64,000 nucleotides of DNA from Nostoc sp. (GTDB lineage Bacteria; Cyanobacteriota; Cyanobacteriia; Cyanobacteriales; Nostocaceae), in contig JBALDB010000038.1 of NCBI GenBank assembly GCA_036918135.1, positions 105,455 to 169,454 of the forward strand, read 5' to 3'. The notes beneath the pieces are model-generated. The model was not told where the DNA came from, did no database searches, and saw nothing but the letters and a program-made list of their open reading frames with translations. Every line of letters begins with the position of its first letter. The first letter of the stretch is position 1. This document shows positions 8,703-18,807 of the stretch, piece by piece. Both the position numbers and the translations under genes were made by a program.

Positions 8703-9410
8703 ATGAGCGATCTGGAGCGGTACTATAGAATTTTGGAATTAGAGCCTGGGGCAACACTTGAGGAAGTGAACCAGGCTTATAAGGATTTAGTGTTCGTTTG
8801 GCATCCCGATCGCATTCCTAAGGAAAATCTCCGTTTACAGCAGAAGGCACAGGACAAGCTCAAAGCGATAAATGAAGCTCGGGAAAAATTGCGCTCTCTA
8901 AAAACCAAACATCAAAGCACACATCACTCACCCCCGTCTTACCACCAAACACCATCTCAAACAAGTCATCCACCATCAAGTCATCCACCATCAAGTCATC
9001 CACCATCAAGTCATCCACCATCAAGTCATCCACCATCAAAGCAGAACCCAGACTTGAGTGGTAAAGACTATAGTCGGGCAAATTTGAGCAATAAAGATTT
9101 ATCTGGCAGAAATCTTAGTTATGCCAACTTGAGCGGTGCTAATCTCAGCGATACTTTTATGCACAAAGTGAACCTCAGAGGGGCGAATTTATCTGAAGCA
9201 AATTTGTTTCGTGCAAATCTACTTTTAGCGGATCTTAGGGAAGCGAATTTGCGTGCTGCTAATTTAATTGGTGCGGATCTCAGTGGTGCCGATTTGCGGG
9301 GAGCTGACTTAACCGGAGCGCGAATTCGCTCTGGCGAGCGCCTTCTGGTTAAACTAATTGGTGCTAACCTAGCAGGGGCAATCATGCCTGATGGTGCCAT
9401 TCATCAGTGA
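8703..9410 (+). CDS. DnaJ-domain plus pentapeptide-repeat protein
   Basis: J-domain with HPD (WHPDR), C-terminal A(N/D)LxX repeats. Confidence 0.92.
   Translation: MSDLERYYRILELEPGATLEEVNQAYKDLVFVWHPDRIPKENLRLQQKAQDKLKAINEAREKLRSLKTKHQSTHHSPPSYHQTPSQTSHPPSSHPPSSHPPSSHPPSSHPPSKQNPDLSGKDYSRANLSNKDLSGRNLSYANLSGANLSDTFMHKVNLRGANLSEANLFRANLLLADLREANLRAANLIGADLSGADLRGADLTGARIRSGERLLVKLIGANLAGAIMPDGAIHQ
8961..9038 (+). repeat. 15-nt coding tandem repeat (CAAGTCATCCACCAT)x5 encoding SHPPS linker
   Basis: Directly visible identical units. Confidence 0.92.
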
Positions 9411-9567
9411 TAGGGGGGATGCAAAAATGCAGGGTTAGCTAAATTTTTTACGAATTGTGACGCGTAAAGCCTCCGTTATTCATGCGGGGGATATAAGCGA
9501 ACATCTCAAGTACGGTTACGTGGCGCTGTGAGCGCACAGTGCCCGAAAGCTTGAGGCGATCGCCTAA

Positions 9568-9668
9568 TATAGCCGTAGTCACACTCTTTAGGACATAATG
9601 ACAAGCGTGAATGCTAGGAATAGTAATAGTTCTACCTCCAGCATAGCTGCCTCCTGCCTCCTGCTATA
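9568..9668. mobile_element. Dispersed MITE-like repeat (TATAGCCGTAGTCACA...CCTCCTGCTATA)
   Basis: Near-identical copy at 34444-34522; partial ends near 4398 and 49280; TATAGC/GCTATA termini. Confidence 0.65.
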
Positions 9669-10029
9669 TATACTGTTATTTGCCCATGCCAAATTTAATA
9701 AGGTTTGCAAAAGTTGAGTCATACATTCTGCTTCCAAGACAGCCATTTCTAGGGCTGGTTATTGAGTATCTATCAAGTTCTAACTACGTTGCCAGCTTCT
9801 TTGCAGATATGGATAAACCATGCTCAAAAGTGTATGTAATTCCTGAGCTAAGTTGTTGGTAAACTTAGAATGTATATAATCAATCGTAATTAAATTAAGT
9901 TCATCTGAGAATTTTCAGAAAATTTCTGGTTCTCATACTTTTAAAACAAACTAAACTTCGTTAACAAGATGCTCTACTTATTAAACAAGTCGTGGATATC
10001 AACCTTACTGTTTTCACAAATACTTCAGT

Positions 10030-11454
10030 TTAGGAAGAAGTTTTTATTTGGGAACATTGTGTTTGTTGGAGTTTAATTTTTTGTTGAAGGGTTAGTGGTA
10101 AGCCAGGTTTAACTTTGCTGTAGAGACGAGTAAATTCTCGCACATAATGAGCAGCGACTATCGGACTTTCAATCACTAAAAGTGTCTCGTCGTTACCATT
10201 ATTGGCAGCATCAGACCAATTATGAGAACCTGTAATTACTGTTTTGTTATCAATCACAGCAAATTTATGGTGTAATAAATCGCCTTTGGCTAATATAGGT
10301 ACGCCTACGGTGGTAATTGGGTTTTGCCAAGGATGATTATCAGCTTCATATTTACATTTATTACTGAGAGCAACTCCCATCATATCTAAGGCCTCGCTAT
10401 AAGAACGATAAGCAAATTGTGGCTCAATTAAAGCGCGAATTTTAACATGTTGTTGATGTCGATTTTCTAAAATATTAGCAAGACGCTGTTCGGAAAAGAC
10501 GAATAAAGCCAAATCAATAGATTCTGTTGCTGAATCTAAAGTTTTGCCAATTAAACCATTACTACTATTACTCCAAGGTTGAGTTGGAGAAGTAGGCGAA
10601 AACTGCACAGTAATTGTGGTTTGATTTAATCTGATTTTTTTAGCTAAACGCAGTGGCTTTTGTAAACCAAATCGACTATCTGGCTTACCTCCTGGGCCAT
10701 CGCCCCACATAATATTAAACTCTTGTGTAAATAAAGATGCTAATTCTGGGCTGTCAATTTGCAATAAATTATTAGCATTTCCTAAACTGCTAGAATTTGT
10801 ATAATCACCAGAAGTATCACTTAAAGTAAAATTTGCCGAAGTAATAATTACAATGCGATTATCTACAATTACAAACTTATGATGCATCAAACTACTACCA
10901 GCCGAACCATCAGCTCGATCGTCTAGCCTCTGGATTTTGGCATTTTGCAAAATTATTAAAGCATCTCTTTGATTTATTTCTGCGGGAGTGAGTTGATTAT
11001 CTTGGTTAACATCGAGAAATTGGCGAAATTCTTGATAGCGTTGCCGTTCTCTTTGAGCTAACTTACTTATTTCATTAGGTGTAAAACTACTCCAAGGTCT
11101 GCTATAAGTATTTTCTAAAATTAACCTGACTTTTACTCCAGCTTTTTGTCTATCAACCAATGCTTGGGCGACTTTAGGTAAACGTAATTCTTGTACAGCT
11201 ACATCTACTGTAGATTTAGCTTGCGTAATAGTATCAACAATTTGTTTTTCTAAATCATCTCCCAAACGAGTTTGCTGACGGTATGGTTCTTTGTATTCCC
11301 CAGACTGAGAATGATTAAAATATACTTGAACTAAAGGATCTTGTGGTAAAGCTGCTAGACGCTGAGCGGATGATTGAACTCGTTGACAAGCAGCAAGGGG
11401 AAAGATGAGTAAAAAGATATATAAAAAATACCTTTGCCTAGATAAAAATTGCAC
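10030..11454 (-). CDS. Phospholipase D-like domain lipoprotein (cyanobacterial ComA-like/nuclease-type)
   Basis: Two HKD-type motifs HHKFVIVD and HHKFAVID..TGSHNWS; LAAC lipobox. Confidence 0.85.
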   Translation of the reverse strand: MQFLSRQRYFLYIFLLIFPLAACQRVQSSAQRLAALPQDPLVQVYFNHSQSGEYKEPYRQQTRLGDDLEKQIVDTITQAKSTVDVAVQELRLPKVAQALVDRQKAGVKVRLILENTYSRPWSSFTPNEISKLAQRERQRYQEFRQFLDVNQDNQLTPAEINQRDALIILQNAKIQRLDDRADGSAGSSLMHHKFVIVDNRIVIITSANFTLSDTSGDYTNSSSLGNANNLLQIDSPELASLFTQEFNIMWGDGPGGKPDSRFGLQKPLRLAKKIRLNQTTITVQFSPTSPTQPWSNSSNGLIGKTLDSATESIDLALFVFSEQRLANILENRHQQHVKIRALIEPQFAYRSYSEALDMMGVALSNKCKYEADNHPWQNPITTVGVPILAKGDLLHHKFAVIDNKTVITGSHNWSDAANNGNDETLLVIESPIVAAHYVREFTRLYSKVKPGLPLTLQQKIKLQQTQCSQIKTSS

Positions 11455-11764
11455 TGTAATCTGTTAAAAGTGGATTAAGAGTAGACATATTTATCATTCC
11501 CAAAATTTTTAGTTTTGAGATGAAGTAGAAAAATACAGCAGGAGTCAGAATTCAGGAGTTAGAAGTCAAACAAGTTTTATACTTGGCTACCAGACTTATA
11601 TTGTGTACTTCATCAACTTGAAATCAGCTATAGCTTTCCCACCCAAAACAAAAACCCACTCAGAATACAGAATTACTGAGATTTAGTCAGTGTCCACTTA
11701 AACTGTATATGCTAAAAACATCAGCAGTCTACTCCCAGCTTGTGTTCTCATCATTATCCGTTAT

Positions 11765-12931
11765 ATGCAAATTTATCTAGATTACAGCGCCACTACTCCC
11801 ACTCGAAAAGAAGCGATCGCAGTTATGCAAACAGTCCTCACTCAACAGTGGGGCAATCCTTCCAGCTTACATGAATGGGGACAACGGGCTGCAATGGTTG
11901 TGGAACAAGCCAGAGTCCAAGTTGCTGAGTTGATTAACGCCGCCACTGCTGAATCGATTATTTTTACCTCTGGCGGTACTGAGGCAAATAATCTGGCAAT
12001 TATGGGTGTAGCTCGGTTGTATACTGTTCCTCAACATCTAATTATCTCCAGCGTCGAGCATTCTGCAATTTCCGAAACAGTGCGATTGCTAGAGATATGG
12101 GGTTGGGAAGTTACGCGCCTAGATGTAGATGTCAAAGGTAGAGTCAACCCCCTAGATTTAAAAGCGGCATTGCAAGATAATACAGTTTTGGTTTCCGTGA
12201 TTTACGGTCAAAGTGAAGTTGGGACAGTACAACCAATTGCAGAACTAGGAAAGATTGCGCGATCGCATGGTGCTTTATTCCATACAGATGCGGTGCAAGC
12301 TGCGGGACGTTTACCCATAGATGTACAAGAACTCTCTGTAGACTTACTTAGTTTATCCAGCCATAAAATATATGGCCCCCAAGGAGTAGGGGCGCTGTAT
12401 GTGCGTCCTGGCGTGGAAGTAATGCATTTACTAAGTGGTGGTGGACAAGAAATGGGATTGCGTTCTGGTACACAAGCAGTACCGATAATTGCTGGGTTTG
12501 GTGTAGCTGCTGAGTTAGCAGCACAAGAATTGCCTATAGAAACATCACGCTTGATTCAATTACGCGATCGCGCCTTTGCCCAATTAGCTGAAATTCCTGG
12601 TTTAATCCCCACAGGACATCGGTACCATCGCTTACCTCACCATGTAAGTATGTGTTTAAAAAATGCTGATGGCGAAAAACTTAGCGGTAAAACCTTAGTA
12701 CGACACCTCAATCTTGCAGGCATCGGTATTAGTGCTGGTGCTGCTTGTCACAGTGGAAAACTTAGCCCCAGCCCGATATTGTTAGCAATGGGCTATTCCG
12801 AAAAAGCTGCCTTGGGCGGAATTCGTATTACATTGGGACGTGATACCACCGAAGCAGATATAGATTGGACAGTAATGGTGTTGAAGCAAGTTTTAGAAAG
12901 GGTGACACCAAATTTATTGGCTATATATTAA
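11765..12931 (+). CDS. Cysteine desulfurase (IscS/NifS family)
   Basis: IYLDYSATTP, GNPSS, FTSGGTEANN, HTDAVQ, SSHKIYGPQG, SAGAACHS. Confidence 0.95.
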   Translation: MQIYLDYSATTPTRKEAIAVMQTVLTQQWGNPSSLHEWGQRAAMVVEQARVQVAELINAATAESIIFTSGGTEANNLAIMGVARLYTVPQHLIISSVEHSAISETVRLLEIWGWEVTRLDVDVKGRVNPLDLKAALQDNTVLVSVIYGQSEVGTVQPIAELGKIARSHGALFHTDAVQAAGRLPIDVQELSVDLLSLSSHKIYGPQGVGALYVRPGVEVMHLLSGGGQEMGLRSGTQAVPIIAGFGVAAELAAQELPIETSRLIQLRDRAFAQLAEIPGLIPTGHRYHRLPHHVSMCLKNADGEKLSGKTLVRHLNLAGIGISAGAACHSGKLSPSPILLAMGYSEKAALGGIRITLGRDTTEADIDWTVMVLKQVLERVTPNLLAIY

Positions 12932-13533
12932 ACCATCTATAGAAATCCTATTTGAGTTTTAAATAAATACCGTACATCTGAAGGGTAGCAAAATCAAATA
13001 TAGTGTGTCGAATAAACCATTCAAACAGTAACGGCTAATGTGAAAATATTGGAACCAAAGCACAGAAACTTACTGAATGTCGCAGAACGCCAGTAATGCA
13101 GAGGTTGTACAAAAACTAGAAGTAAGGCTAGCCATTGTCAAAAGCTAGACCCTTTTAATTGTCCCATCTTAGCAGTAGAGCTTTGTTTGAGTGCGATGCT
13201 CACAACTTCAGGAGTCACGGTTCCTGTCTGGACTAACCTGCCTTCGTTCCTAAGTTGAGTATTGAGGATTGGGGCGATCGCTAAACTAAATAATATACCT
13301 TTATCGTGTGTATCTTCATCAATAATTGGTATGACACAACATTGACATCATAATGACATACTTAAAATATATATAGTCAATTATAGTTTTAAAAAATCAC
13401 AATAATTTCTGTCTAGTAATTGCACTGCTGACAAATTTAATATTGCTTAATCGAATATTAACCAAGCAAGTGCTATTGCAAAATTTTTTGTTCCATAAAA
13501 TATCTCAAATCAGTTCTGTTTTAATCATGTGAG

Positions 13534-13998
13534 GTGAAAGTGAAAGTTCTTAATATATATAAGATTACTCTGGCTTCAGTATTGTTTGTTGCACCTTCAT
13601 GTATTTTTCCTTTGAGGATACTTGCACAAACTCCAAATTATAAACCGTGGGCAGTTATTATTAATAGTGGCTCTACAAATGCCTGCGGATATAGAATTCA
13701 TGTATTGCCATCTGGAAAAGCAAATTACATTGTTTGCAACAAAAGAGGTTCAGGTCAAATAAGTGTGACCACAGCTACGAAATTTTTTAATGATATTTCA
13801 GCAGCTAAGCCATTATCCAAATTACCATATACATCATGTGCAAAATCTGTTTCGTTCGGTACGTCAACTGAAGTCAGGTACCAGCGGCAAAAATCACCAG
13901 ATATTAGCTGTCCAAGTAATGATTCGAGAGTGACAAATTTGTATAATGATGCTAGAAGCATACAACAGGAATTGAACTTTTCAACTTCCAAAAATTAA
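13534..13998 (+). CDS. Secreted hypothetical protein
   Basis: Signal-peptide-like N-terminus, four Cys in the mature part; family not recognised. Confidence 0.65.
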   Translation: MKVKVLNIYKITLASVLFVAPSCIFPLRILAQTPNYKPWAVIINSGSTNACGYRIHVLPSGKANYIVCNKRGSGQISVTTATKFFNDISAAKPLSKLPYTSCAKSVSFGTSTEVRYQRQKSPDISCPSNDSRVTNLYNDARSIQQELNFSTSKN

Positions 13999-14202
13999 TT
14001 GTCTACGTTCCACTTGCAATCTCAATTAAAATCGCATCTAAATCTCTAAGGTTTATTAACAGAATATCAGTCCCGCCTGATAGCAACCTTAAGGTTTCTT
14101 AGTGGCGATATTTTCGATGCTCTCAACAGCTATCTTTGCCTTCAAGGCACAGGTAGCTGTTCTGTTGAGGCTCAATCCAAATCACTTCGCTCGTTTGGGA
14201 AA

Positions 14203-14231
14203 TGCGTAAGTGTAGCCTGTTGTAGACATCG
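14203..14231 (-). repeat. SDR5-like micro-element (CGATGTCTACAACAGGCTACACTTACGC)
   Basis: Matches the Nostocales gcgatgtctacgacgggctacgcctacgc-type repeat; related copies at 43165-43190 and 43220-43251. Confidence 0.6.
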
Positions 14232-14725
14232 ATAATCTTGTCCGAGTTTCTGAGTAAAAGCGATCGCGCAGTGCTACGTATGCCCTTTGCCAAAAATCAC
14301 AGCCAATACTGGAACAATAGGAGTAGATGTCAATAGGCGATCTACTACGCCATCGCGTTTGGGAGCATGACGAAGTAAGTGCAAAATCAGACACGTTGTA
14401 AAGAAGAATTACAGAAAACACTTTATCCATTTACTAACTTGCGCAAAAATGATACAGAAGCTTTTTACATTTATGACTGTAGAATCGACTTTTTACCCTT
14501 GCCACTTCATCAAACTCGCCTATAAATGATTGTTTTAGGGAATGTTTTGCTCTGAAGACAATACTGAAGTTGGATATTTCAATATCGAATAATCAAGAGT
14601 TGTGAGCTTCTATGTTACAAAATTTACGATATTAGTAATGTTGTACGTATTTCGTCATATTCTCTTAATGGTATTCTAATGTGGAATATTGCTTGCAAAA
14701 ACTTTGCAATTAGAGATTTATAACT

Positions 14726-15886
14726 ATGGTAGAGTTCACACAATCAAAATTATTAACTAAGAAAAAATTAAAAGTACAGATTGTTGAAAACCTTGAAGAA
14801 CTCAAGCTCCATGCAGACAGTTGGAATCAGCTTGCTTTTGAATCTACTCAACAGTTACCAATGACATCTTATGCATGGGTATCATCATATTTTGAACACT
14901 ATGTGGAAGTTGGCGAATCATGGTTTTGTGTATTTGCTTATAAAGATTCTGAGCTAGTAGGTGTTCTGCCGCTAATTGTAACTTCACAACGGTTCTTTAG
15001 ATTCAATTTTTCATTCTTAGTTACACGTAGAGCTTCGCAATCATGTGCGCTTGATATTGTAGTCGCATTGGGACTTGAAAATATAGTTATTCCAGTCCTT
15101 ATTGATGCTGCGAGACAATTTTGTACCCATCATTTAGGAATAGTATTTAACCGTTTACCGGAAAATTCACCTACTATTACTGCTTTAGAAGGGATGTCAG
15201 ATATTACACTTATTAAAGAGCTTGATTGGATGATGGGAGCTCACTTAAAAATAACTAACAGTTTTGATGAATATCGAAAAACCCTCAGTGGTAATTTAAA
15301 AAGTACTATCAAAAGGTCGGGAAAGAAGCTCTATCAACTAGAAGGGGTAAAAACTATTTTCCTCAAAGGAAGCGAGGCCACTGAAAAAGATTTACCTCAA
15401 TTAATAAAAGTGGAAGCTGCCAGTTGGAAAAGAACTAGAGGAAAATTAATTGCAAGTTCCTCATCAGATATATCATTTTACACAAATCTTACACGCCGAC
15501 TATCAGAAGCTGGTTGGCTTGAATGGCAATTACTTGAAGCTGAAGGTAAGACAATTGCGATCAATTTAGCGATTAAGTTGAAGCGTTCAACCATTATTTG
15601 GAAGCTGGCTTACGATGAGAGTTATTCTAAATTTTCTCCTGGCAGTATACTTTTTGAACAAGTAGTTAAGTCAGCTTATGAGGATAAAGTTGAGGAGATT
15701 AATCTAATTAGTGATTTTCCTTGGTACGACAATTGGAAGATGGATAAACGCCCACACTATACTATCAAAGTATATTCGCATCAACCTATTTCTTTAATGT
15801 TTGGATTGCTGCCTGCATATATCCTCAATAAGCTTAAAGTGCTTAAAAGACAATTTACAAAGCGGTATCAAATTTTTAGTAAATGA
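14726..15886 (+). CDS. GNAT family N-acetyltransferase (CelD/BcsL-like)
   Basis: LVGVLPL, EAASWK, AYDESYSKFSPGSILF..V motifs; AT-rich. Confidence 0.85.
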   Translation: MVEFTQSKLLTKKKLKVQIVENLEELKLHADSWNQLAFESTQQLPMTSYAWVSSYFEHYVEVGESWFCVFAYKDSELVGVLPLIVTSQRFFRFNFSFLVTRRASQSCALDIVVALGLENIVIPVLIDAARQFCTHHLGIVFNRLPENSPTITALEGMSDITLIKELDWMMGAHLKITNSFDEYRKTLSGNLKSTIKRSGKKLYQLEGVKTIFLKGSEATEKDLPQLIKVEAASWKRTRGKLIASSSSDISFYTNLTRRLSEAGWLEWQLLEAEGKTIAINLAIKLKRSTIIWKLAYDESYSKFSPGSILFEQVVKSAYEDKVEEINLISDFPWYDNWKMDKRPHYTIKVYSHQPISLMFGLLPAYILNKLKVLKRQFTKRYQIFSK

Positions 15887-16168
15887 GAATAATAAGAGAT
15901 GATTTATAAAGTAAACCTTAAGTTTTAGGGTGCACTATAGCAACGCTTAACGCACCGAGAAATGTGGAGCGTTACGGCTAATCCTCACTCTCTCAAACTC
16001 ACAAATCTTTGCGTAGCCGTAATACACCCTACTTAATATTTACTTTATAAATAGGCTCTCAGCAAGTTCGCTTTATGAACTTTCCTCCCCAACTTCAACA
16101 GCAGATCCAAAAATGGGCAAGCACTTAGGGAATCTCGACTGAACAGTTTGTTTTGTTTATCTTCTCTG

Positions 16169-16840
16169 CTACTTTATAAAAACACTGCTGAGAAATAAAC
16201 CTACCAGTCTTTTACCAAGGAAAAGCCAATCCAACCAAAATATAATGTGAATAATTACTATTACCCAAAATACAGCTTGGTATGAAGCCTTGCTACTTTT
16301 GTGGCGTAATCTTCGTTGGGCTATAAATGCCCCTAACCATCCACCCATGAATTCACACAAATGTAACATCTTTTCTGATATTCTCCAACGCCCCTGCTTT
16401 GCACGAGATTTGTCATCTGCATACAATGCAAAGGTAAGAAAACTCATTACAGGATAAAGAATCAGAGGAATTGAGTTGAAAGTCGTCAATGCAAAATGCA
16501 CTGCTCCTAAACCTGGCAATAAGGATAAGAGCAATACCTCGAACATTAAAGAAGATTTGGCTGTAGGCTGGAATGTTTCTTTTATTATAGAAGATGAGGT
16601 TTTGGGGACAGGTTGGGATATAACCCCCTCGATGAAGGCATTGCAAGCATAAATTTTTCCGTCTTTATCAACCTTTAGCTGATAGTAAATCACATCACCA
16701 ACTTGTGGACGATGATTTGTTTGTTTGAGTGCAGTGATATGAAGAAAAACATCTTGACTGCTTTGACTAGAGCGGATAAAGCCAAAACCCTTGTCATCTT
16801 TCCATGTTATTAATTTACCTTTATGAAAAACAGGTTTCAT
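16169..16840 (-). CDS. Cold-shock domain plus DUF1294 membrane protein
   Basis: WKDDKGFGFI...VFLHITAL; YADDKSRAKQGRWRISEKMLH...GGWLGA...RHKSSK. Confidence 0.9.
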   Translation of the reverse strand: MKPVFHKGKLITWKDDKGFGFIRSSQSSQDVFLHITALKQTNHRPQVGDVIYYQLKVDKDGKIYACNAFIEGVISQPVPKTSSSIIKETFQPTAKSSLMFEVLLLSLLPGLGAVHFALTTFNSIPLILYPVMSFLTFALYADDKSRAKQGRWRISEKMLHLCEFMGGWLGAFIAQRRLRHKSSKASYQAVFWVIVIIHIIFWLDWLFLGKRLVGLFLSSVFIK

Positions 16841-16976
16841 CAAAGACCCTGATATCAATACTTTATTTTTAAGGTTCCCATCTCAATATCAAATAATTCA
16901 TACTCCAATTTAGCAACGCCAAAATCAGAGCTAATACTGGAACAATAGAAGTAATGCTAAACCAAGATAATAAACT

Positions 16977-17708
16977 ATGACTGAACTTCCCAATAGTCTT
17001 GAAGATGCGATCGCCCAATCTCAGTCTGCTGTCCAAGCTGCCCTTGCAGATGGCTGTACTCGCCTACAAGTTGATTTCCTGTTCCCGGAATTAAAACTTA
17101 TGCCCGTGGCGGAACAATTTGTGCCTTTGTTTACTGAATATGATTCTCGCTTCAAAATTTTCTTTGCTGACGCAGGGGCGGCAGCCTTAGCCCGCCGCGA
17201 TTGGAGTGATGCACCATTTCAAATTTTGGATATCGGGACGGGGAGGGCTGCTTCCTTGCAAACAAAAATTCAGCCAGAAGATGAAATTTTCTTATTTGTC
17301 GCCCCTACTTCCGTAGAAGTACCGCAGTTGGAAAAGTTATGTGAAGCAATTGCCGATCGCCCTTTAATATTTTTAAATCCCCGCCTTGAAGATTCTGGAA
17401 CTGTGGGCATTGGTTACGCAGCCAGAAAAGTCCGCGATCGTTTCATTAGTACCATCGAATCCTGCTATTACCTGCGTCCAGTAGACGACCAAACTGCCTT
17501 ATATCGCTGCTACCCAGGGCAGTGGGAAGTTTGGGTAGAAAACGGCAGTGAATATCAAAAAATTGCCGAATTACCCACAAAACCATCGGGTGATGAGTTG
17601 GATCTCATCCTGATGAAGGGACAACCGCAAACAACCAACGCTGTACCTCCAAGAAAGCCGAGTGTGTTTAAGAGTTTACAGCGATTTTTAAAGGCGTTGA
17701 GTAGTTAA
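16977..17708 (+). CDS. DUF1995 family protein
   Basis: FFADAGAAALARRDW, LNPRLED..VGIG, ALYRCYPGQWEV. Confidence 0.85.
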   Translation: MTELPNSLEDAIAQSQSAVQAALADGCTRLQVDFLFPELKLMPVAEQFVPLFTEYDSRFKIFFADAGAAALARRDWSDAPFQILDIGTGRAASLQTKIQPEDEIFLFVAPTSVEVPQLEKLCEAIADRPLIFLNPRLEDSGTVGIGYAARKVRDRFISTIESCYYLRPVDDQTALYRCYPGQWEVWVENGSEYQKIAELPTKPSGDELDLILMKGQPQTTNAVPPRKPSVFKSLQRFLKALSS

Positions 17709-17933
17709 CAGAAAGCAGAGGTAGCAGAAGGAAACTTTATCATCTGCTGCCTCATTTTCAATTTTAAAAAAATACAGGAGATTTTCATATAATTACGAAT
17801 TGACTGCTCACCTTGTATTTATTTCTAAAATAGAAACTTAATATTGAAAACTCTGTACATCGCGTACAGTTTGTCAACAGTGCAGCACATGTAGAGCGAA
17901 TGATATTTTTTTAGGTAGTTTCGCAACAAGCTT

Positions 17934-18269
17934 TTAACTCACAGCATAATCTGTGTACTGGCGTACATAGGGCGGGTGAAATCCAACTACAATATGGTGT
18001 TTTGGTACTCCCATTGCCACCAGCTGTTCGCCTACATCTTCTTCTGTGCCATTCCACTGAATCCAAATCTTACCGTTTATAATATCAAAATGCATTACAG
18101 GCCCAAAAACCCGACGTTTATTTTGCCAACCAATATATATCAGTTGGTAATGGTCTTTTTCTACGTCAAAAATTGTTTGAGCTTCAATTTCATTATTAGA
18201 TGAGGCAAGCTGGGAATATTCTGTAATTAATTTCCGAATACACTTACGATATTTTTCTAAATCTGCCAT
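17934..18269 (-). CDS. xisI: XisI protein
   Basis: DHYQLIYIGW, HFDIINGKIWIQWNGTE, GVPKHHIVVGFHPP. Confidence 0.93.
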   Translation of the reverse strand: MADLEKYRKCIRKLITEYSQLASSNNEIEAQTIFDVEKDHYQLIYIGWQNKRRVFGPVMHFDIINGKIWIQWNGTEEDVGEQLVAMGVPKHHIVVGFHPPYVRQYTDYAVS

Positions 18270-18676
18270 TGGATAATTTCCTCCTTTTCCACATCATAAA
18301 CTATCAGATTAATTTGACTTCGCTGGATAATAGTTTTAATAAACGGTTTAGTTAAAAAATCATTATAAGTGTTTAAGGGCACTGCTAAATACAAAATTAG
18401 CTCAGAACCTATTTCTTCTAACGCATATCGATAATTAATAAACTGTCCTACCGCTGTATGAAACTCAGAAATAGTTGAAGTCCCAACAAAACTTTTAACT
18501 TCAACCGCTATTTTTTGTCCTTCTCTTTCTGCCGCAATAATTTTCTCGGCTCCCAAATCAATATACATATCTGCAATATTTTCTATACGAATTAACAAAG
18601 GGTCATGAGTAATTCGCCATCCGTCTTTTTGTAATGCCGATTTCACAACATTATGAAATTTATCTCTAGCTGACAT
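18257..18676 (-). CDS. xisH: XisH protein
   Basis: MSARDKFHNVVKSALQKDGWRITHDP, IDLGAEKIIAAE, IAVEVKSF; overlaps xisI. Confidence 0.93.
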   Translation of the reverse strand: MSARDKFHNVVKSALQKDGWRITHDPLLIRIENIADMYIDLGAEKIIAAEREGQKIAVEVKSFVGTSTISEFHTAVGQFINYRYALEEIGSELILYLAVPLNTYNDFLTKPFIKTIIQRSQINLIVYDVEKEEIIQWQI

Positions 18677-18765
18677 AAACTGTTTTTTGGCTTCTATATA
18701 TAATTTGGCCAAAATGCTTGACGAACAATAGAAGTTAGGAATTTTATTATGAACTCCTAACTCTT

Positions 18766-18793
18766 GTAGAGACGGAATTAATCGCGTCTCTAC
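18766..18793. repeat. GTAG-type REP-like hairpin
   Basis: GTAGAGACG...CGTCTCTAC; similar hairpins at 29187-29216 and 44916-44943. Confidence 0.55.
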
Positions 18794-18807
18794 TACTCTT
18801 AACTTTT

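Noticed and set aside
9465..9498. IS200/IS605-like end hairpins (also about 32428-32458)
   Set aside because: Resemblance only; no tnpA/tnpB or paired end visible.
10030..11454. Naming the PLD-like gene comA/comEA
   Set aside because: No C-terminal helix-hairpin-helix DNA-binding domain is visible, so no symbol was assigned.
14080..14520. 82-aa ORF or gene remnant
   Set aside because: No recognisable family; part of the ORF is an SDR-like repeat.
17934..18676. xisH/xisI as part of a heterocyst fdxN excision element
   Set aside because: No XisF-type recombinase or interrupted gene nearby; stand-alone xisHI pairs are common in cyanobacteria.
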